64,000 bases of DNA from the NCBI GenBank assembly GCA_905178155.1, contig CAJINV010000008.1, positions 1,860,001-1,924,000 on the forward strand, given 5' to 3'. Position 1 is the first letter of the stretch. Every line of letters begins with the position of its first letter. Source of the DNA: Amoebophrya sp. A120 (Eukaryota > Protista > Dinoflagellata). Positions 12,561 to 24,600 of this stretch are shown here, piece by piece. The position numbers and the translations under genes were made by a program. A model generated the notes under the pieces. The model was not told the origin of the DNA. It saw only the letters and a list, made by a program, of their open reading frames with translations, and ran no database searches.

Positions 12561-15500
12561 TCAGTCCTCACTAAGGCCCGATACCAGCTGCTGGCACATG
12601 TTTTGCCAATTCGCCTCGCCCGCATGCTCTTTTTCGAGTTTTTCCTTGAGCACCGTCCCGACGTCGCGCACCTCTTTTTGAAAGTACACTTTGAATTCCT
12701 CATACACACTATTTCTTTTCCGAAACAGCGACTTGTGCACGTCGGTGCGAAAGCTTTCGATAGACGGGCTAATCCCGTGCTGCAGCAGCGAGTCGGCAGG
12801 AAACGGCTGGGGTTCGGGTTGCAACACGCTTCCCTCCTCCACAGGAGTAGTTGCGGCAGCGGAAAAAGAGGGCACCGCAATCTCAATCTGCTTCTCCGCG
12901 TCGGTGTAAGTCAAAGACGCGGGGGCACCTGCGAGGATCGAAGTCATACAACATGGGCAGAGAAATAGCGTGAGCGTCATCTATGTATGTGTATAAAACA
13001 AAAACCAGCATGTTGCGCAACGCGCGAGAGACTGGGTGTGACTGCAGGTGCAGACTGGCCCTGCATTTTGTGTTCAAGAAAGTCAAAAAGACCTACTCTG
13101 CTTCTGAATGTGCTTAGAGACTACTCAAGTATTTTTCTACCTGCTGGATCGCTTATCCTGGCCTGCAGAAACTCGTTCTCGACGGCAAAGAACTCCCCGT
13201 AGTCAAGTTGCCACAAATTGGTCGCAACCCCCTCCCATGTTCTCGGCGGGAGCTTCTCGTCGTCCACTTCTATGGGTCCCTCGTGTCCCGCGAACACCCG
13301 CCTTTTCCTCCGCTTGATGCTCATCCGTTCCTTCTGTACGTTCTCATCGCCCGGTAGGGGGTTGAAGTGCGTGGGCATTGGGACCGCATCCAGAACCCGC
13401 ACCAGGGTTTGGAACAACAGAACCAGCTTGTGCAAAAAAGCCACGGCCTCCCGCTGCAGCGTGTTCGCGAACTCGAGTTTGAACCGGTTCAGCGCTGTGA
13501 TTGTGGTAAGAAGAAATGATAATGATAAAGGAACGTGAATGTCAACGCAAGGAAAGGAAATTTGCGTTGTTTTCCATCGACAAGGTGGCGGGGCGCTTGC
13601 CAAAGCTGCTTTGTTCCGGCTAGCCGTGACAGCACCTGTCAAGCTAAAAAGATCAAAAATATAAACTTACATTCACACGCGTCCTTGTAGCGTAGCGCCT
13701 CGTCGTCCTTCAATTTTTGCAGTATTCGTGCGTTGTTCGGGTTTGCAAGGCTGGGCGTGAGTCTCTGTTCGTGTGAAAGTCTCCTTTCCTCCAACAATGC
13801 CGCCGCTTTGCCCATTTGTTTGGACAGTTTTATTATCGCCTGTTTGCAGCTCTCAAGTTGCCTCTCCAGCAAATCCCCGAACGCGCTGGGCCCGACTTGC
13901 AGTAGCACCTCGTCCCGCAGGAGGCGGCACTTTTCCCGGAGTTCTCGGCAGTTTTTCTGCCGGTGCGACTCGGTGGACACTTTCATATCGGCAAGAAATT
14001 TCGCCATAAAATCCGGCAGGCCAGACTTGTACCTAATGGCGATGATGATGTTGAAGATGTGTCATAATTTCTAAAATACAAATTCTGGGTTCACTGCCCT
14101 ATAGGCGGCGGTGGCAGCATATACCTTCAAAAAAATCTTCTCTGTACGTCCCCTAGCTACTGAAATGTATACTTGCTTCGCTACTAGAAGGCAGGTTTTC
14201 ATCATGGCGAAGAACAGCACAGAAGCGAGTACGCGTCTTTGCCCGCCTGGTCCACTTTCGCGATTCCCGGTGTGAACAGGTCCGAGGTCGGTATCGCGCC
14301 GAGCAGCTTCTCGCTGACCTCCACCATCAGCTGCTTTTCGTCCTCGGCCAGATCGGGCGCCGCTGCGCCCCCACCCGCGGCGTTCAGTATTCTTTCCTCG
14401 AGCTTCGAGAACTCCGTGACCGCCTTGTCGTCCTGATTGTTGTATTTGTCGTTGAATTTCGACTTGAAGGCCTCCAGGTGTTTCCCGAGCTTCAACATCC
14501 CCGTGACGATCACGAGGAAGCAGGCCTTCATCTCCGTGGACGGAGGCGGGAGCTTTTTCTTCCACACCTCCTGCTGTCGGAGCTGGAAATTGAGTGTGTG
14601 CGGCCCGGGCTCCTCCTTCTTGTCCATCACGTCCTTAAAGTATCGGAAGTACTGCCCCAACCCAAATAGCGTGGTGTCGGTGCGCGACATGATCGTCCGG
14701 CACGCCTCCTGCGCCCGCCGCCGCGGCGCCCCGTACACCGGCCCGAGACCCAGCTCTTGGGAAAGTTTGTCCACGGCGTCCGCATACGCTTGCAGAAATT
14801 TCTCGAGCGGATCCTGCTGTCTCTGCGGCAGCGCGGCCTTCTCCTCGTCGAGCCGGGACGTCCTGTTCATTCATTCGGGGGGCAGTCGTTTTTTAGCCGC
14901 ACTGAATCTCAATCCCATCTCAGTCTTTTGCAAAAAAAAAATCTCATAGCTCCACATCCACCTACACAAGCATGCTTGACAACAACGTAAACTACCAAAA
15001 CGCCCAGGAAAAAACCTCTCCATGATACCTGTCCGCCTTTTTCGTACTCAGCGCGTCGTTCAATATTGTCGTCTGCTCCTTGTAGTAGATGATCTCGCTT
15101 TTGGAGTAGTTGTCGCCCCCCGCCTTGCACATCCGCACGAAGTCCCGGTTGAGCAGGACTAAGGACTGAATCCCGTTAATCGCGAGCGTTTCCAGGGTTT
15201 CCACCTTGCTCCGACATACATCTACGAACTTCGCGCAGCAGTCCTTGCCCTTCCGCTCCACCGCCGTGAGGGCGGCCAGGTTCCGTGCCTCGGACAGCTT
15301 CCCGGTGAACATGGCGATGGTTTCGTGGTACACTGTCTCCGCCTCCACCACCTTCTCGTAGCAGATCACAGCCTCGTCCTCCTGGGCCGCGGACTTCTGC
15401 GCGATGGTGATCATGTGCCGCTCAAACCGGTTCTTGTGCTTCTCGATGATCGTGTACCGGGGGTTGTACCAGTCCACCTGCACCTCCCCCTTCCGGTTCG

Positions 15501-18500
15501 TGTGCCGCCGCAGCGTCTGGTCCAGCTCCATGTTGATCCGCTCGTCCTCCGCCTTCAGCACCGCCCGCGCGGTGTCGTCCAGCGTGGACTTGTGTTCGTG
15601 CAGGAACGCGAACAGCCGCTTCCGCATGGAGCGCAGCAGGTCCTCCACGAAGTGCGTCTTGAAGATCAGCTCCTCCAGCGTCCAGGTGCCCTCCGCGCAC
15701 TTGGGCATGCGCACCACGCGGTTCAGCGAGTCGTCCAGCGCCAGCTCCTTTTTCACGTCCGCGGGCAGGCCGACGGTTTTCTCCTCTGGGTCGTCGGAGC
15801 TCGAGTGCTTTTCCTCACCCTCCTCGTCGATCTTCGGCACCAGCTGCAGCCGCCACAGGTCGTCCTCGACCTTTTTCAGCAGCGCAAACGAGAAGTTTTC
15901 CGGGGCGTCGCCCCAGAAGGGCTCCGTCTCCTCCTCCTCCCCCCCGGACTGCTTGGGGGACTGCGGCCTGGACCCGCCCTCCTCGTCCTCCTCCTCCTCG
16001 AGCTCGTCCTCCTCGGGCTTTCTTGTCAGCGCCATGTGCGGGATGAACAGGTCCGTTTGCAGGCGGAAGAAGGCGTGGATCTTCGGCTCGTAGGACCGGT
16101 GGATGTCCAGCAGGTTCTTCGCGAAATCGCGGTAGGACTGCGCGATCACGTCCAGCTTGTCGAACGTCTGCTGCAGCAGGACGTCGAGCCCCTCGATGTG
16201 CACCTCGTCGTCCATCAGCTCGTGGAAATTCACCATGTCCTGCTCGTTTCGCTTCTTCTCGTCCTCGTGGTCCTGGATGCAGTCGTCAATCTCGCCCTGG
16301 TGCTTCACCTTCAACTCCAGCAGCTGCTGCTTGAACTGCTCCAGGAGCGTCGCGATCTTGATGCTGAACGTGTTCAGGTTGAAGCAGGTGTGGTGCGCCC
16401 ACTCGTCCAGCGTCTGCATCACGTTGGCCAGCTCCAAGCACAGGTTCTCGATCCAGTTCAGGCAGTTTCGCATGTGCGGCTTGATATCCCCGTCCACCAA
16501 CGCCTTCACCGACTCGTAGTCGCCCCACTCGGTGCGGGCGTCGTACCTGTGGTCGTTGGATGGGTGGAAAAAGTGCTTTTCAGGAGGAGGAACTTCTTTC
16601 AAGAAACCCAGGATTAAGAGAAGCAAGAGATAAGTATTGGGTTTAGCTTTAGATGAAACAGCAGCACATCGACGACATTCATTGACAAACAGTGACCAAA
16701 ATGAAGACGAAATAAACTGTGGCTGTGCTGAAAAAAAAAAATCGAATACATCTCCAATTCCGTCCTCAGCTGGTTCAGCATGCCCTCGCTTTTGTACTGC
16801 AGTGTGTCCTTCAGTTCTTTCAATTCCACTAGGAAGTTGTCGGTCTCCTCGCTGGTCCGATCGTTAATCGCAGTGATTTGCTCCTCGATCCCGCGCAGCT
16901 TGTTCGAGTTCAGACTGTCAATCTCCGTGGTGAACACCTGGACCAGCAGTTCCTTCCGCTGCTCAAACACGTCCCGCTGCTGGGCACGGATGCGCGCCAG
17001 CAGCGAAACCAACTCCGGGCAGGCGCGAAACTCCCGCGACTCGATGCGCTGCAGGACGTTCTCCACAGCGGTCTGGTGTCGCTTCCGCTTCCACCGCAGC
17101 AGCCCCTCGTACCAGCGGCGCCGGAAAACCTTGCTGTTCTCGTTGTTCTGCGCCTTCAGCCGGGTGAACACCTCGGTGGCCTTCTTGCAGTTCTCCAGCG
17201 TCAGCGAGTTGATCGTGTGCGATTTGGCGTCGCAAATCCGCTCTACCTCGCCGGGACTGCAGTGCGCCGCGGCGGTGCACTTGTTTACCATCGACGTCAG
17301 CTGGTCGAGGGCCTCTCGCTTGCGAAACTTCTCCAACTCCTGCAGGTTCTCGTGATATCACAAAGAAAAATCCCCCCTCCCCACACCAAAAGGAAGTTTC
17401 TGATGACTGATGCTGGGTTTGCATATACAAATCAGGTTTGTCTTGCAGTAGAGGACTGCAGGCTCCTGCCAAGCCTGAGTAGAGAGGCTTTGGCCTAGGC
17501 GCTAGCATGAGAAACGTCCATGCTGTAGGCCCAACAGCATCACAAACCGCGCGCATAATGCGGCAGAGGCTGTGGAGTTGTCTCCTTGCAAGACAGACGT
17601 GATTTGTGGTCTCAAATCAGCAACACAAATTCTCGGAAACATACCTTTTCGATATGGGGAGGGGGGACTTTTCCTCTCAATACGTGAAACTCTGTGATCT
17701 TCGTCTCGCGCTGGGCGATGCCTGTTTAGTATATTATACCATTTTTGCAGCGATAGTACAAGGCGTTGTTGGGACAACTCGTGTTGGCATCATGCGTAAA
17801 ATAAATTTTTTCCTGCGCAACATGCAGATCAGCATCTCGGCCCTCAGAACTAAGTATATCGAAAACGACAGCGAAGAAACGGAGAGACGAGACGTAAGCC
17901 CTACCTCAAGCGAAGAAGATGCTGTGAACGATAATCCTCATTTTCTACCTTCCTCCAACTCTGTAAGTTTGTTCTGCACCCAGGCCTCGCTCTGCTCTCC
18001 GAGCTTATCCAGATCATTTTCCAGCGGTTCCAAAATCGCCTCTGCCTCGACATCCCGACTCTTGATGTAGGTTTTCATGTTTTTGGAGAAGTTTTGTAAT
18101 TTCTCCGTGCAGCTGTCATGCAGCTTATCGATCTCCGCCTCGCAGTCGAGCACCGCGTCGTCGTGTCGCTTTTTTCGACTCTGCAGAAACTTCTCGCGCT
18201 TCTCTGATCGGTCAACAATGTCCTTCTCCGGGTCTTGCTCGACCACGTGCCGCTGCATCCGAGCGAGGTCCCCGATGAGTTCCTGGAGTTTTAGTATTTT
18301 TGAGTACACATGTCTTCATGCGCTTTGGAAGAAAATCATCCCGACTATTACTCCACATTTTTTCGTGCCCGCCAGAGCAAGATGATTCTTGGGAAACATA
18401 CAAGTATCGAACCTGTTTTCTCTGTATTTCCTCCTTTGGCGGGCGCTCTGCCGCCGCGTAGGCGTCCATGTATTTGGCGGCATCGAGTTTGCTGATCTGG

Positions 18501-18664
18501 AGGTTGCCCGTCTTCTTGCCCCCCTCAACCTCCGCGACATGTGTCTGGTAGCTGTTTCCCAGCTGGCTGGGCGCCTTGAAAATGGCCTGGAACCCGGAAC
18601 TCCGCGGCTCCTCCGCCGTCAGCAGCACCTTCTGCTTTTTCGGCGGTTGCGGAGGGTTCGGCAT
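12561..18664 (-). CDS. CCDC180: Coiled-coil protein, CCDC180/CFAP76-like (DUF4455/DUF4456), multi-exon
   Basis: Chain of helical ORFs (18212..18664, 17938..18309, 16614..17336, 14992..16626, 14202..14870, 13639..14007, 13121..13642, 12561..12980). Motifs HEQRLTPSLANPNNARIL and the C-terminal HKSLFRKRNSVYEEF...NWQNM resemble the CCDC180 C-terminus (recognised from memory). Several junctions were verified in frame. Confidence 0.7.
17356..17682. mobile_element. Introner element, family B (327 bp, TSD CGTGA)
   Basis: CGTGA at 17351-17355 and 17683-17687. TIRs TATCACAAAGAAAAATCCCCCCTCCCCA / TGGGGAGGGGGGACTTTTCCTCTCAATA. Removal gives ...KITEFH|ENLQELEKF. Homologous to 56812-57134. Confidence 0.9.
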
Positions 18665-19464
18665 GGTCGCGGTGTGTCCTGGGCCTCGTGCAGGCTGCGG
18701 TTACCGTGCTAGTGCAAAAATGCAGTGGCACAACTTCAAGATGACTTATGCTCGAGAAGATGGCGGGACAGTACTCTGTAGGCCTTTTGTTGTTCTGGCC
18801 GATGAGGAAAACAAGCGGGTCTCCGTCATCGCCTACCGTCACTGGAGAGCCCCATCGTGCTCTTTGTCTGAAGAAATCCGCTGCCTACCAAAACCAAAAC
18901 CAAATGTTGATGTTCGAAAAAAAAACCACTGACGCTCGTCCAAGTGTTTGAGTTTCAAGGCAGCCCTTCGCTGGGGAAATAATCGAACAAACCAAAATGT
19001 ATACATTCATAAGTGTGCCTCTCACTCTCTCTCGTAACGTGGCGATAAATCGCTCGATCATTACTTCTCTCGAACGCCTTCTGACGACAACGAAACGTCG
19101 CAAAGACCACAAAAATTCTCGATAGTTCGAATCTGAGCTTCCTCTTCATCCTTTTATTTCCGGTGTGCAGCTACCACGACGCGTCACCAAGGTACTGCTG
19201 CTGATGACCAAAAGAGCGAACAAGCAAACACCATGACTATGACTTCCTTGCCCACTAGCTTGCCATCTTGTCCCGCAAAAAGCAAACACTTGCAACAAAT
19301 ATTCAAATTACACGTACGTACATTGCCGTCGATGGATAGGTACTGGGAAAAGAAAAGTTATCACCTCTATGTCTGCAAAACGAAACCAAGAATCGTGACC
19401 AGTTTCTACCTGTGCAGTCGTGTATCAACTTCAACACCAAATTTCACTTTTTTCTTCATGCGTC

Positions 19465-20566
19465 CTACAATCCCCTCCTCGGATTGAGCAATCGCACGGC
19501 TTTCCTTTTCTCCTCGACCTCAACCCGACTTCGTCCCTTTCCGCGGCCAGCCGCCAGGACTTCGAAATAGCGATGCAACATGTGCTTCTTTGTGGCAAAA
19601 GCCGTAAGCAGCGAGACTTTGTTTTCCTTGGATTCCCCGACCTCAACAAAGTCGTAGCCGCCCGTCTGCAGACACTTTTTGAAGCAGTACGTGATGCCCC
19701 CGATGACGCTCGGGTCCAGGCACAGCGGCAGTCCCCTGATGCACTGCAAAGGTGCGGCGTTGCAGTTCGCGGCCGATTGCTTCATCAAGTCTGCAATTTC
19801 CGAAAAGCCGGCAACGTAATTCGTGTACCTGGCGACCTTCTTCTCCGCGTACAGACACATGCCGGCATTGTTGTACGAAGAACTTGCAGCAGACGGGCTT
19901 TTCACCTGCTGCTTCATCTTCTCCGAGCAGTTCGCGAGCCATACCACCGGCGACTTCGCTTCGCGCACCTGGTCGGACTCCAGCTGCGCAACGCAGTCGG
20001 GGTGGTACCCCGCGTCCGGGGCTTTGCACTCCGCCAGTACCTGGGCGTAGGTGTCCTGGATCCTCTTCTCCTGGATCAGCAGTTTCGACAATTGCTTGGC
20101 CTGCACGTCTATTCAATCCAAACAAAGTGTCGGGCCGAGTAAGATTTGCAACGCAAAGTTTTCCGAAAGGAAAAGTGGAAGTTCGTTGTAATGCAGATCA
20201 TTTTTCTCGGGACTGGCAATCGTCATGCATTTGCATGACTGCAATCAATACGCCCACGATACTTTTGCACAGGGTAACGTCTGCCTCAATGCACGGGTTG
20301 ATTGACGCCGTGTCGAGAATCGATGGGTCGTTGTTCTCCCCGTGTCCCCATAGTTTTTGCTGCGCCGCTTGGAGATGGTTTTTGTCAACCGAGAATGTAC
20401 CCCCGTCCTCTACCTTTTTCTCCGCCGATTCAACAAACCAAGAATCAAAGAAATGCGAGAGTCGAACGCCGGTGACAAGGGCCGGTGCAGAGCGAAGAAA
20501 GAAAACAACGGAAAGGATCTTCACGCGCCGCTGACAGCTGCGGGCGACCGACCCGACCGCCAACAT
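19465..20566 (-). CDS. Cysteine-rich, probably secreted hypothetical protein, two exons
   Basis: Hydrophobic N-terminus (ILSVVFFLRSAPALVTG) and many Cys. ORFs 20198..20566 and 19465..20106 join in frame when 145 nt are removed. Confidence 0.65.
20110..20250. mobile_element. Decayed introner-like non-canonical intron
   Basis: TATTCAATCCA ... TGCAATCAATA imperfect TIR, flanked by CGTC/CGCC, with an internal GTCATGCATTTGCATGAC motif. Removal gives SIVG|VQAKQL in frame. Confidence 0.55.
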
Positions 20567-21639
20567 GATGTCTCCTCCGAACGTTTCGTTGGTCGCTACA
20601 TTCTTTCGAAATGCTGTTGAGCCATTGATGGCCGTGCAAGACCCAGAACTTCTACGAGAAAAAAGGATCCATCAATCGCTACGAAACGGTAAATTTGATG
20701 CAACGACATACGACATACGACGACTCCGATATAATTTGCGCCTCTAGTGTCCTCACCGACGATAGCAAGGTGATCCGTTACATCAGCTTCCGCCTGCTCG
20801 TTTGCAAGCACAGAAACTGGAGTTAAATCATGAAGAATGACGATGAACTTCTAACACAGTCACGCAACAGCAGTCGCCGTCCTTAGCTACTGGTGAGGCG
20901 TAGCTTGTTTAGCGCCGCCAGCCACAAATACTTTCTCTTTTAACGACACACTTCTGAGTCTGGCTCTGACGCTGCGCGTCGCGATTTGTACAAGCATAAA
21001 AGTTCTGTTTAGGATCATTATAGATATCGGTCCAAACTACGGCACAAACCTTGAAAATTTTGCTCGGGTTTCCCACAAAACGAAACATTCGGGCTCTTTG
21101 CATCTGAAAATTTGAAACGTTAGCTACATGCAGCGGTTAACATCGTGAGTACAACTACAAGTACAAACTAAAAGTGGAAACAAACAAATAAAATCTGACA
21201 TTAATTTTCATATATATTTTTCCAAGCTTAGAAGAAGAGGCTCTTGTTGCTTTTGAGAAATACAACACAACTGCTGTGACTCCGAGAAGTTCGAGAAACA
21301 TGTTTCTTCTTGTAGTTGAGAATTATACATTGTTTGACACCGACAAAAAATTCGAAAAGTAAAGCTTCACCTCGTACTACATATTCTTGCTCAAAGATCG
21401 TTGTAGGTAGGTGAGTTCACACTGCACATTAGTACATCGAAAAAGCAGAGGTGGCTTTTGCTTCCACTTCCATCTCCAGCTAGCTTGTACCATTTCCCTG
21501 GGAGGCTGTGCGATTCTTCTCAACGGCCTGGTCTTTAACGAACGCCTTCGAATTCGATGCCGCGACAGAACAAAAATTAAAGCTAAAAAAGCTACGACAG
21601 CTGAAGCCTTTGCACAAATGACTCTGCTTCCCGTGGATA

Positions 21640-24600
21640 TCACGCCGTGGTATTTCCGGTGGTACTCCTCGACGTGGGTAAGAGCAGGGAGTTTTCCCCG
21701 ACCCGTTCCACTTGTCGCACAGACTTGTCATCCAGCAGCAGGCCCGCGTGGCCGCCCCCCTTCTGCAGCCTCGGTGCCACCGTGATGGGGGTCTCCGCGA
21801 AGGAGCTGCCTTCCCGCAACGACGACTCGGCCGACGAATTCGTTGTGTTCACGCCAAATCGGTGCCGCTTGCTCTCCACCTTGGGCAGGCTCGCCACCGC
21901 GTCCGCGAATCGCAGAGTGGCCAGCGACTCCTCAAAACACAGCTCCGAGGGGGAAATGGTCGCGAGTAAGTAGATTTGCTTGGAGCTCAGCCAGTCTTGC
22001 AGCAAAAACGTCAGCTTGCTGTTGCGGAAGCAGGTCTTGGTGTCTTTTTTGCGCAAGCTCTGAATCGTCTCAGACAGGTGGAACAGCGATTTGTTGATAA
22101 ACTTCAGCTCCAGCATGCGGAGCTGGTTGTGCGGAAAAGAGGTGGCTAAGGTGGAGGAAGTTGTAGCCGAGTGTTGTACAATTGCTCCTGATGTGCTGGC
22201 GCCGCTGGGGGTGTATCTGTTTCTCCGTCCGCTGCGAATCATGATCTCTTGCTGCTCGCGCACCCTCATCGCAGAAGTACTACCACCACTCGCTGCGCCC
22301 TTCTTCGACACCGAGCTGGGCGCAGACGCCCGCAGTGTTCCGTTGAGATGTTTTTTGCCATTTGGCGTGTGCTTCTGCGAGAAAGCCCCCTTCTTCAGTC
22401 GGTTGCTTGGCGTCGTGGTCGCAGTAGCCGGGAAGCTGACGTGGTCCGCCGGGGTCTGCGCGTTGGAGCAGGAAAGCCCCAGCGCATTGTTGAAGATGTG
22501 ATCCGTTTTGCTGTTATTGTAACCTCCGGTACCACGACTTCCCCCGCGCGCCATCACGATTTCCGTCATTTTTGAAGACGCGTTGCTTCTGCAGCGAGAC
22601 TGCAGTGTCGAGAAAACTCCTCCTCCTCGACTGTGTCCTCTATTACCCGGGTCTGCACGATGAAAAGCCGCGGTCGTGTGCGCCGACGCGGTGCTGCGAC
22701 TCGCCGGCGAAAAAGTAAACCTATCGGAGGTTCCGTGCAAAGCATCTCCGTCTGGCGTAGTACCCTCCTCGTGACCACTGATGTCCTCGTTGTAGTTTCC
22801 GAGCAGATGATCATGATCTGTCATTTCCAAGTGATCGTCTTCCTCCTGGTCGTGGTCCAGCAAATGCTTTTCCAGCTTCCGTTTGACCAACTTATGCATG
22901 CTCGCCGACTTCTGCATCATCAGCTTCTTATTCTCTACGCCCGTCCGCTGCTCCGCGAGCTGTTGTGCGGAACACACCCCGATGGAACCGCTACTGTAGG
23001 ATCGCTGCAAGAGGTAGTTGTGCGGCTGACTCTGCTCCCCGCGCAGACTGCGCAGGGATTTCCGCCGCTGCGTGTCCTCCATCACCTCGCGCAAACTGGT
23101 GATGCCCGCCTCGGTCTCCTTCCCTGCAAGATCCACGATGCACAGCGTCTCGCCGCGGTACTCCAGCAGAATTATCAAATGCCCTCGGGAGGACGTGGCG
23201 TTCAGTGCGGTTTTTGCCTGAAGAAAAAATGTGTATACAAGCGAGTTTCGAGATAGTGAAGACTCATCAGATTGTGTTCCCTTCTAGCAGCTGCGCTGCC
23301 ACATGATCCACTGCCACATCACGGGAACGAACCCCTGCTCCAGCAGCAGGGAACACCAACTATTCATCAACTATACCTCTACTCTTTGCCGGTTCCCCTT
23401 TTCCACCGCTTTTATCGCTTGTGTGTAGTCCTTGCACGGCACCTTCACAACGCTACGCTTGATCGTCTGCGCCGAACTGCTGTAGCATTTCACGGGTTTC
23501 CGGTGGTTCAGGAGGTCGTGGATCTGCTCCCGGTAAATCTCCAGCACGCTTACCCCAAGACTCGGAAACGATTCGAAAAATCGCCACAAAATGCGCGGCA
23601 GGAGACCTGACCAAACGAGAAGAAAAAGCCTGCAAAAAGTAAAAGGAGCAAATAAGGAGAGGAAAAAATAAGCCTGCATATGTTGATAAATTTGAATTGA
23701 CCACGTCATCGTAAATTTTTGTAAACAATAAACGAGACAGATTGTTGTTCGTCCGACCACACTAGCAGTAGCACCGCTCACCTGCATGTCCTCCTGCCTG
23801 TTTCGCACCCCTCGGCGCTCCCTGCCGCCCGGTGCTCGTGGAACAAGCAGGTCCTGCAGAACGATCCGCAATGTCTCCCACGATGCTGTAGGTTTTCCCC
23901 GTCGACGTCTGGCCGTGCGCGAAAAGGCAGCAGCTGACACCGTTGTAGGCCCAGGACTGGAAACAGGGCTCTCCGATGGCCTGGAAGACTTCTTCCTGGC
24001 TCGAGTTCTCCTTGAACACATTGTGGAACTTGAAGTCCCGCACGAAGTTCAGGTTACAGTTGTCCTTGATGGAAATCACCTTGTGGCAGTCGCCGGACAC
24101 CAGCATTTCCGCGGCCGACTCGGACCGTGTCTTGACGCAGGACCGGGTTTTGCGCTCCCGCAGAAACAGTGGCCGAATCCGGCAAAACACGTGCGGTCGG
24201 AGCAGTGCCACGCGGGGTTCCTCCTGCTCCCGCCGGTGCATCACCATGTGTCCCTGAAGATGGTTCCCTCGTTGCTGTGGCTGCTGATACTGCGCTAGAA
24301 CTTGGTGCTGCTGGTGAAAAATAAACTCGTCTGCGAAAAGCGGCAGATGGTACGGATCGTGGTTTATTCTTTGGGCAGCGGCATTCGATTTACTTCTTGA
24401 CGAAACAGCGTAGGAGCTCTTATTGTTCCCGCCATGATGAAGAACGTGAGTTGCAGTCCCAACGGCCGCTCCTCCTCCGGCGTGCTCGGTTTCATCCCGT
24501 GTTCTTCGAAAGGGCGAAGCCGGCGACGCGGGTCGAGACCGTGACCGCCCGAGGTGGTCGGCGGTTTGCGAAAACAAACTGGTGACAGCTTTGCTGTTGC

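Noticed and set aside
15325-16617. 430-aa plus-strand ORF (and similar ones: 8055..8993, 44740..45891, 54272..54934)
   Set aside because: These are antisense shadows of GC3-rich minus-strand exons, with L/V/H/Q- or S-rich composition and no motifs.
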